Positions 19,074-25,606 of a stretch of 25,606 nt of DNA are shown here, piece after piece. The DNA is from a virus (lineage: Duplodnaviria > Heunggongvirae > Uroviricota > Caudoviricetes), in the IMG/VR virus record IMGVR_UViG_648276669_000005, positions 1 to 25,606 of that record; one strand, written 5' to 3'. Within the stretch, counting starts at the first letter, position 1. Each line of letters begins with the position of its first letter. The notes beneath the pieces were generated by a model that saw only the letters and a program-made list of their open reading frames with translations, was not told the DNA's origin and ran no database searches. Made by a program: the position numbers and the translations under genes.

Positions 19074-19276
19074 TGAAAGTGCGTGCGCATCAGTATGACA
19101 CGGTGGACGCGCTTTGCTGGCGTCATTACGGGCGCACGCAGGGTGTCACGGAGCAGGTACTGAAGGCAAATCCGGGGCTTGCCGAATACGGCCCCTTTTT
19201 ACCTCACGGGCTGCAGGTGGAGCTGCCGGACATTCCGACCACCACCACCGTGCAGACCGTCCAGCTATGGGACTGA
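19073..19276 (+). CDS. X: tail protein gpX
   Basis: 67 aa, same length and position as P2 gpX; overlaps L stop. Confidence 0.75.
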   Translation: MKVRAHQYDTVDALCWRHYGRTQGVTEQVLKANPGLAEYGPFLPHGLQVELPDIPTTTTVQTVQLWD

Positions 19277-19279
19277 ATT

Positions 19280-19495
19280 ATGACGCTTGAGCGAATCAGC
19301 GCCTTTATCACGTATTGCATCGCCGTCGTGCTGGCCTGGCTGGGCGATTTGTCCATCAAGGATGCCTCAACGCTGGGCGGCCTGATGATCGGTGTGCTGA
19401 TGCTGGCTATCAACTGGTACTACAAACACAAAGCCTACCAGCTTCTGCGCGACGGGCAGATCACGCGGGAGGACTATGAATCCATCAATCGTTAA
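19280..19495 (+). CDS. Y: holin
   Basis: 71 aa with two hydrophobic segments and charged C-terminus, immediately upstream of the endolysin. Confidence 0.65.
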   Translation: MTLERISAFITYCIAVVLAWLGDLSIKDASTLGGLMIGVLMLAINWYYKHKAYQLLRDGQITREDYESINR

Positions 19496-19988
19496 ACGCT
19501 GCCTTGTCGGGACCGTGCTGGCTATTGCTGCCACGCTGCCGGGTTTTCAGCAGCTTCACACCTCCGTGGAGGGGCTGAAACTGATTGCCGATTACGAAGG
19601 CTGTCGTCTGCAGCCGTATCAGTGCAGCGCGGGTGTCTGGACCGACGGCATTGGTAATACGTCGGGCGTCATTCCCGGCAAAACCATTACGGAGCGACAG
19701 GCAGCGGAAGGGCTGATCTCCAACGTGCTGCGTGTGGAGCGGGCGCTGGAAAGGTGTGTGAAGCAACAGCCGCCGCAGAAGGTGTATGACGCGGTGGTGT
19801 CGTTTGCCTTCAACGTGGGAACGGGCAATGCCTGCAGTTCCACGCTGGTGAAATTACTCAATCAGCGGCGCTGGGCGGATGCGTGCCGACAGTTGCCGCG
19901 CTGGGTTTATGTAAAAGGTGTGTTTAATCAGGGGCTGGATAACCGCCGTGCGCGGGAGATGGCCTGGTGTTTACAGGGAGCAAACTGA
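19476..19988 (+). CDS. K: SAR-endolysin (T4-lysozyme-like, GH24)
   Basis: N-terminal weakly hydrophobic Gly/Ala-rich segment (LVGTVLAIAATLPGF) then EGCRLQPYQCSAGVWTDGIGNT, the E-D-T catalytic triad spacing of lysozyme-like endolysins. Confidence 0.75.
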   Translation: MNPSIVKRCLVGTVLAIAATLPGFQQLHTSVEGLKLIADYEGCRLQPYQCSAGVWTDGIGNTSGVIPGKTITERQAAEGLISNVLRVERALERCVKQQPPQKVYDAVVSFAFNVGTGNACSSTLVKLLNQRRWADACRQLPRWVYVKGVFNQGLDNRRAREMAWCLQGAN

Positions 19989-19989
19989 A

Positions 19990-20367
19990 ATGAAAAAGAA
20001 ATTAATCAGCGGACTGTTTCTGATGTTATGGATGGCGCTGTTAATCGCAGCAATGGTGTATCCGCAGGGGATTTTTCCGGTACTGGCAGCGTCCGGCGTT
20101 TGGGTAGCCTGTTTGCTGACATGGGCGGTAATTCCGGTAGCACTGGCTGCGTTAATTAAGAATGGCCCGCTCTGGCAGGAGTTAAGGGCATCTTTGCTGA
20201 AGACAATTACCCGAAAAGAAAACGTATTTATCAGTTGGGTGATGCGATTGCTGATTGTCGTCAGTCTCGCCTGGACGGGGTGGGCTATTACCCTGGTCTT
20301 TTATCTACTGACCGTTATTGCCTTCTGGATCACCCGTAATCAGATGGCGCAACAGGTAGCAGCATGA
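19990..20367 (+). CDS. lysA: LysA-like multi-pass membrane protein (lysis timing)
   Basis: 125 aa from ATG 19990, several hydrophobic helices; position as in P2 between K and lysB. Confidence 0.6.
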   Translation: MKKKLISGLFLMLWMALLIAAMVYPQGIFPVLAASGVWVACLLTWAVIPVALAALIKNGPLWQELRASLLKTITRKENVFISWVMRLLIVVSLAWTGWAITLVFYLLTVIAFWITRNQMAQQVAA

Positions 20368-20792
20368 ACCGGTTGCTGCTGGTTGTGCTGGCGTTATTAC
20401 TGGCGGCGCTGGGCTGGCAGACGTGGCGGCTGGCTGATGCCAGCCAGACCATTAGCACGCAGGCAGACGAGCTGCAGAGCAAAAGTCAGGCACTGGCAAA
20501 GAGCAACAGCCAGCTTATTAGCCTGTCCATTCTGACTGAAACCACTAACCGGGAGCAGGCGCGGCTCTATGCCGAAGCAGAACAGACCAGCGCGCTGCTG
20601 AGACAACGACAACACCGGATCGAGGAACTGAAACGTGAGAACGAGGATTTACGCCGTTGGGCTGATACTCCTTTGCCTGCTGACATTATCCGGCTGCGGG
20701 AACGTTCGGCACTCACCGGAGGTGCAGCTTATCGTCAGTGGTTGTCCGCGAGTGACACCGTGTCGGCTGGATCAGGCAGCGCCGCGCACTAA
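20364..20792 (+). CDS. lysB: LysB, Rz-like inner-membrane spanin
   Basis: 142 aa, N-terminal TM segment then coiled-coil-like region (EELKRENEDLRRW); P2 LysB is similar in size. Confidence 0.7.
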   Translation: MNRLLLVVLALLLAALGWQTWRLADASQTISTQADELQSKSQALAKSNSQLISLSILTETTNREQARLYAEAEQTSALLRQRQHRIEELKRENEDLRRWADTPLPADIIRLRERSALTGGAAYRQWLSASDTVSAGSGSAAH

Positions 20793-20925
20793 CGGTGATC
20801 TAAACGCGTTGTTGGATGAAACGGAGGCCGCCTGGGCGGTCTGTGCAGACAAAGTGGACATGATTATTGCGTGTCAGGAGCGAAACAGTGAACAAACCAC
20901 AATCCCTGCGCCACGCCCTCAATAA
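20635..20925 (+). CDS. lysC: LysC, Rz1-like outer-membrane lipoprotein spanin
   Basis: +1-frame ORF starting inside lysB and extending past it; signal peptide with lipobox LTLSGC; 96 aa. Apparent GTG start, uncertain. Confidence 0.55.
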   Translation: MRTRIYAVGLILLCLLTLSGCGNVRHSPEVQLIVSGCPRVTPCRLDQAAPRTNGDLNALLDETEAAWAVCADKVDMIIACQERNSEQTTIPAPRPQ

Positions 20926-21319
20926 AGCGGTTCCTTATGTCCGCAATAACCCGGACAAACTGCATCTGTTTGTGGATAACGGTTCGCTGGTTGCCACGGG
21001 GGCCAGCTCCATGTCATGGGAGTACCGTTACACCCTGAACGTGGTGATAGAGGATTTCAGCGGCGACCAGAATCTGCTGATGGCCCCGGTTTTACTGTGG
21101 CTTCGGGATAACCAGCCCGATGCCATCAATAACCCGGCGTTACGGGAAAAGCTATTCACCTTTGATGTGGATATTTTGCGCAACGATGTCTGTGATATCA
21201 GCCTTAACCTGCAACTGACGGAACGTGTGCTGGTCAGCACTGACGGCAGTGTGTCGAGCGTTGAAGCTGTAGCAGAACCCGATGAACCTGAAGAAATGTG
21301 GACGGTGAAACGTGGCTGA
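20888..21319 (+). CDS. R: tail completion protein gpR
   Basis: ORF in P2 R position; likely GTG start at 20888 preceded by AGGAG (track start 20867 is TTG). Confidence 0.65.
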   Translation: MNKPQSLRHALNKAVPYVRNNPDKLHLFVDNGSLVATGASSMSWEYRYTLNVVIEDFSGDQNLLMAPVLLWLRDNQPDAINNPALREKLFTFDVDILRNDVCDISLNLQLTERVLVSTDGSVSSVEAVAEPDEPEEMWTVKRG

Positions 21320-21758
21320 ACTGCAGAAGGTGGACGACTGGCTGAGTGCCTTGCTGGCGAATCTGGAACCAGCCACGAGAAGCCGCATGATGCGCCAGCT
21401 GGCGCAGGAACTGCGCCGGACACAGCAGCAGAATATCAGGATGCAGCGCAATCCAGATGGCAGCAGTTATGAACCGCGCAGGGTAACAGCACGTAGCAAG
21501 AAGGGGCGCATCAAACGTCAGATGTTTGCAAAGCTGCGCACCACAAAATACCTGAAAACTGCCGCCAGCGCCGACTCTGCCAGCGTACAGTTTGAAGGCA
21601 AGGTGCAGCGTATTGCCCGTGTTCACCATTACGGCCTGCGAGATCGCGTCAGTCGTAAGGGACCGGAGGTGCGTTACGCAGAGCGTCGCCTTCTGGGTGT
21701 AAATGATGATGTTGAGGCAATGACCCGTGACATGATTCTGCAATGGCTGGCGGGGTGA
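21312..21758 (+). CDS. S: tail completion protein gpS
   Basis: 148 aa (P2 S about 150), overlaps R stop; GTG start. Confidence 0.7.
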   Translation: MAELQKVDDWLSALLANLEPATRSRMMRQLAQELRRTQQQNIRMQRNPDGSSYEPRRVTARSKKGRIKRQMFAKLRTTKYLKTAASADSASVQFEGKVQRIARVHHYGLRDRVSRKGPEVRYAERRLLGVNDDVEAMTRDMILQWLAG

Positions 21759-21762
21759 TCTT

Positions 21763-21780
21763 TGTATCAGCACTGATACA
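21763..21780 (+). promoter_or_regulatory. late-promoter activator site TGT-N12-ACA upstream of V
   Basis: tgtatcagcactgataca, near-perfect dyad, centre about 55 nt upstream of V ATG (21827). Confidence 0.5.
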
Positions 21781-21826
21781 AGTTGCAGCACTGCCGCCTT
21801 TCTTCCCCTGATGGCAACCTTTCCCT

Positions 21827-22405
21827 ATGAACGCACAATTAACCGAAATCATGCGCCTTATCACCAACCTGATCCGCACAGGGGTAGTCACCGAAGTGGA
21901 CAGGGAAAACTGGCTTTGTCGGGTGAAAACGGGCGAGCTTGAAACCAACTGGATCAGCTGGCTGACGCTGCGTGCCGGGAATGCCCGTACATGGTGGCGA
22001 CCATCGGAAGGTGAGCAGGTGGTGCTGCTGAGTCTGGGCGGCAATCTGGAAACCGCCTTTGCGCTGCCCGCTGTCTATTCGAATCAGTTCGCACCACCGT
22101 CGACGTCGGCGGACGCCTGCGTGACAGAACATCCTGACGGTGGCTGGTTTGAATACGAACCCGCCACCGGGCGCTGGTATGTCAGGGGCATCAAATCAAT
22201 GGTCATTGAGGCTGCTGACAACATCACCATGAAAACCAGTGAGTTTGTACTGGAGGCTGACCGCACGCGCATTAACAGCGAAGTGGTGATCAATGGTGGC
22301 GTTACCCAGGGCGGCGGAGCGATGAGTTCTAACGGGATCGTGGTTGATGCGCATCAGCATACTGGCGTCCTGAAAGGCGGCGATACAACCGGAGGCCCGG
22401 TATGA
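21827..22405 (+). CDS. V: baseplate spike/assembly protein gpV
   Basis: 192 aa, first gene after the late promoter site, followed by W-J-I as in P2. Confidence 0.8.
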   Translation: MNAQLTEIMRLITNLIRTGVVTEVDRENWLCRVKTGELETNWISWLTLRAGNARTWWRPSEGEQVVLLSLGGNLETAFALPAVYSNQFAPPSTSADACVTEHPDGGWFEYEPATGRWYVRGIKSMVIEAADNITMKTSEFVLEADRTRINSEVVINGGVTQGGGAMSSNGIVVDAHQHTGVLKGGDTTGGPV

Positions 22406-22761
22406 CGCTTTATAGCGGGATGAACAATACCAGCGGCAAAGTCATTACTGATATTGATCATCTGCGCCAGTCGGTGCGGGACATTCTGCTGACACCGCAG
22501 GGTAGCCGTATTGCCCGCCGGGAATATGGTTCCCTCCTGTCGGTTTTAATAGATCAGCCACAAAATCCGGCATTACGCCTGCAGGTCATGTCGGCAGTGT
22601 ATGTGGCGCTGAGTCGCTGGGAGCCACGGCTGACGCTGGATTCCATCACCATCAACAGCAACTTTGACGGTTCTATGGTGGTGGAGCTGACCGGGCGGTG
22701 GAATAACGGTGTGCCTGTGTCCCTTTCCGTATCAACAGGAGCAGAGAATGGCAGTGATTGA
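22402..22761 (+). CDS. W: baseplate wedge protein gpW
   Basis: 119 aa (P2 W about 115), overlapping V stop. Confidence 0.8.
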   Translation: MTLYSGMNNTSGKVITDIDHLRQSVRDILLTPQGSRIARREYGSLLSVLIDQPQNPALRLQVMSAVYVALSRWEPRLTLDSITINSNFDGSMVVELTGRWNNGVPVSLSVSTGAENGSD

Positions 22762-23656
22762 CCTTTCGCAGTTGCCTGCACCGCAGATTGTGGATGTGCC
22801 GGACTTTGAGACGCTGCTTGCCGAACGCAAGGCAGAATTTGTGGCGCTTCATCCGAAAGATGAGCAGGAAGCCGTGATCCGAACGCTGGAACTGGAATCT
22901 GAACCCGTCACTAAATTGTTGCAGGAGAACGCTTACCGTGAGTTACTTCTGCGCCAGCGCATTAACGAAGCCGCGCAGGCGGTGATGGTGGCTTACGCGA
23001 TGGGCGGCGATCTTGACCAGCTCGCTGCCAACTACAACGTGACACGCCTGACGGTGACGCCTGCTGATAATGATGCTGTGCCGCCCGTTGCAGCTGTGAT
23101 GGAAAGCGATGAAGCGTTACGCCTGCGTGTGCCTGCAGCCTTTGAAGGGCTTTCTGTTGCGGGGCCAACTGCAGCTTATGAATTTCATGCCCGAAGCGCC
23201 GACGGTCGGGTGGCGGATGCCAGTGCAACCAGCCCGGCACCTGCAGAGGTGGTGCTGACTGTCCTTAGCCGCGAAGGCGATGGAACTGCAGAAAAAGACC
23301 TGCTGGACGTGGTGGAAAAAGCTCTGAACAGTGAGAACGTCCGCCCGGTGGCTGACCGTCTGACGGTTCGCAGCGCAGAAATCATCCCGTATCGCGTGGA
23401 AGCCACCATTCTTCTCTATCCGGGACCGGAAGCAGAGCCGGTAATGGCAGCGGCAAAAGCCAGCCTGCAGAAGTACATCGCCAGTCAGACGCGTCTTGGT
23501 CGGGATATTCGCCGTAGCGCCATCTTTGCCGCCCTGCATGTTGAGGGTGTGCAGCGTGTGGAGCTGGCTTCTCCTCTGGCGGATGTGGTCCTGAACAAAA
23601 CACAGGCGGCATCATGTACGCAGTGGAGCGTAACCAACGGAGGAACGGATGAATAG
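22748..23656 (+). CDS. J: baseplate protein gpJ
   Basis: 302 aa from ATG 22748 with AGGAG RBS, same length as P2 J. Confidence 0.8.
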   Translation: MAVIDLSQLPAPQIVDVPDFETLLAERKAEFVALHPKDEQEAVIRTLELESEPVTKLLQENAYRELLLRQRINEAAQAVMVAYAMGGDLDQLAANYNVTRLTVTPADNDAVPPVAAVMESDEALRLRVPAAFEGLSVAGPTAAYEFHARSADGRVADASATSPAPAEVVLTVLSREGDGTAEKDLLDVVEKALNSENVRPVADRLTVRSAEIIPYRVEATILLYPGPEAEPVMAAAKASLQKYIASQTRLGRDIRRSAIFAALHVEGVQRVELASPLADVVLNKTQAASCTQWSVTNGGTDE

Positions 23657-24254
23657 TCTGCTGCCACCGGGTTCAACTTCACTGGAGCGCCGACTGGCGC
23701 AAACCTGTAGCGGGATTTCTGATCTGCAGGTGCCGCTGCGTGACTTGTGGAATCCGGCTACCTGCCCGGTCAGCTTCCTGCCTTATCTCGCCTGGGCGTT
23801 CTCTGTGGATCGCTGGGACGAGGGCTGGACAGAAAGCGTCAAACGCCAGGTAGTGAAGGATGCTTTTTATATTCATCAGCATAAAGGAACCACCAGTGCC
23901 GTGCGGCGGGTGGTGGAACCGTTCGGATTCCTGATCCGCATTATTGAGTGGTGGCAGACCGGAGAGGCTCCGGGCACGTTTCGCCTGGATATCGGCGTGC
24001 AGGACCAGGGCATCACTGAAGATACCTATCTGGAACTTGAGCGACTGATAAGCGATGCCAAACCATGTAGCCGCCACATGATCGGCATGTCCATCAATCT
24101 GCAGACCAGCGGCCCGCATTGGGTGGGAGCCGCCAGCTATCTTGGCGAAGAAATCACGATCTATCCGTATATCAACGAAACAATTATTTCTGGCGGCACC
24201 GCGCATGAAGGCGGGGCGGTCCATGTTATTGACACAATGAGAGTGAATCCATGA
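23649..24254 (+). CDS. I: baseplate protein gpI
   Basis: 201 aa after J, overlapping stop/start. Confidence 0.75.
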   Translation: MNSLLPPGSTSLERRLAQTCSGISDLQVPLRDLWNPATCPVSFLPYLAWAFSVDRWDEGWTESVKRQVVKDAFYIHQHKGTTSAVRRVVEPFGFLIRIIEWWQTGEAPGTFRLDIGVQDQGITEDTYLELERLISDAKPCSRHMIGMSINLQTSGPHWVGAASYLGEEITIYPYINETIISGGTAHEGGAVHVIDTMRVNP

Positions 24255-25606
24255 GCACAAAATTTTATACCCTGCTGACGGATATTGGCGCGGCGAAACT
24301 TGCCAGCGCCGCCGCGCTCGGTGTGCCGCTAAAAATTACCCATATGGCGGTCGGCGATGGCGGCGGAGTATTGCCAACGCCAGACTCAAAGCAGACTGCA
24401 CTGGTAAATGAGAAACGCCGGGCTGCGCTGAATATGCTTTATATCGACCCGCAGAACAGCAGCCAGATTATTGCCGAACAGGTGATCCCTGAAAACGAGG
24501 GCGGTTGGTGGATTCGTGAAGTGGGCCTGTTTGATGAGTCCGGGGCATTGATTGCCGTGGGCAACTGCCCGGAAAGCTATAAGCCGCAACTGGCTGAAGG
24601 TAGCGGGCGCACTCAGACCGTGCGCATGGTGCTGATTACCAGCAGCACGGACAATATCACCCTGAAAATCGACCCTGCTGTAGTGCTGGCAACCCGTAAA
24701 TACGTGGATGATGAAGTCCTGGAATTAAAGCTGTATGTGGATGACCAGATGAGAAACCACATTGCCGCACAAGATCCTCATACCCAGTATGCGCAGAAAC
24801 ATAATCCGACATTTACCGGAGAACCAAAAGCGCCGACGCCTGCAGCAGGAAATAACACCACGCGGATTGCGACCACTGAGTTTGTTCAGGCCGCTATTAC
24901 TGCTCTGATTAACGGTGCGCCAGCCACGCTGGACACACTGAAAGAAATTGCCGCAGCCATTAACAATGACCCGAAATTCAGTACCACCATTAACAATGCG
25001 CTGGCACTAAAAGCGCCGCTGTCGAGTCCGGCACTCACCGGAACGCCAACAGCACCTACTGCGGCGCAGTCGGTCAACAATACACAGATTGCCACTACGG
25101 CTTTTGTGAAATCGGCGATTGCAGGAATGGTGGGTTCTGCACCTGCGGCACTGGATACACTGAACGAACTGGCGGCGGCACTGGGGAATGATCCGAACTT
25201 TGCCACGACAATGCTTAATGCGCTGGCAGGTAAACAACCGCTGGACAATACGCTTACCAATTTGAGTGGAAAGGATGTAGCTGGTCTTCTCACATACCTT
25301 GGTTTGGGAGAATTATCTCTGGCTGGCACTGCATCGGGTGTCATTGGTCTGAATGGGTATGTAACGATTCCGTTAATTATTTCAGGTTCCCGGAGAACAC
25401 TGATTATTCAGTGGGGGCAGGCGAGATTTGGTGGGTCTGGTGGTGAAGATGCCGGATATCTTAATGATTTTCCTTTTGCCTTTCCGTCAGCATGTTATGG
25501 GGTGATAGTTAGTCATGTGGGGTATACACCTTCAGGCGCAGGAATCCTGTCGGCTTCTGCAATTACATCAAATCAGTTCCGCGGTTTTCTAAGCGATAGC
25601 GACTGC
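24251..25606 (+). CDS. H: tail fibre protein gpH (3' partial, runs off window end)
   Basis: Open frame from ATG 24251 to window end; MSTKFYTLLTDIGAAKLA... with repeated ...ATTEFV/ATTAFV... and ...LDTLKEIAAA/LDTLNELAAA... segments typical of P2-type tail fibres. Confidence 0.8.
   Translation, partial: MSTKFYTLLTDIGAAKLASAAALGVPLKITHMAVGDGGGVLPTPDSKQTALVNEKRRAALNMLYIDPQNSSQIIAEQVIPENEGGWWIREVGLFDESGALIAVGNCPESYKPQLAEGSGRTQTVRMVLITSSTDNITLKIDPAVVLATRKYVDDEVLELKLYVDDQMRNHIAAQDPHTQYAQKHNPTFTGEPKAPTPAAGNNTTRIATTEFVQAAITALINGAPATLDTLKEIAAAINNDPKFSTTINNALALKAPLSSPALTGTPTAPTAAQSVNNTQIATTAFVKSAIAGMVGSAPAALDTLNELAAALGNDPNFATTMLNALAGKQPLDNTLTNLSGKDVAGLLTYLGLGELSLAGTASGVIGLNGYVTIPLIISGSRRTLIIQWGQARFGGSGGEDAGYLNDFPFAFPSACYGVIVSHVGYTPSGAGILSASAITSNQFRGFLSDSDC

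Noticed and set aside
1-25606. Search for CRISPR arrays, tRNA genes, IS elements and the att site
   Set aside because: No regularly spaced direct repeats, no cloverleaf-compatible tRNA-like segments and no transposase-like ORFs were seen. The integrase stop is at window positions 1-3, so attL/attR and any target tRNA would lie outside the window.

Overview
The window is most of a P2/186-family temperate phage (prophage) of an enterobacterial host. Order: tyrosine integrase (window edge, minus) | two AT-rich cargo genes (KAP-type P-loop NTPase plus a small secreted Cys-rich peptide) | 186-type CI repressor | divergent early operon (Apl-like, CII-like, small ORFs, TraR-like zinc finger, Dam-like methyltransferase, replication protein A) | a cargo hotspot between A and portal Q | P2-like late genes Q, P, O, N, M, L, X, lysis cassette, R, S, V, W, J, I and the start of tail-fibre H. 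The A-Q hotspot holds a LexA-box-controlled operon with a DinI-like gene, a second KAP-type NTPase (647 aa), a terminator, a cos-like sequence and a 351-aa PIN-like protein. The best candidates for an undescribed system are the two KAP-NTPase loci and the PIN-like gene, which sit where P2 carries its anti-phage genes tin and old. The large terminase gene shows an apparent +1 frameshift in a T6 homopolymer. Family assignments rest on motifs read by eye and on recalled homologue sequences; no database search was run.
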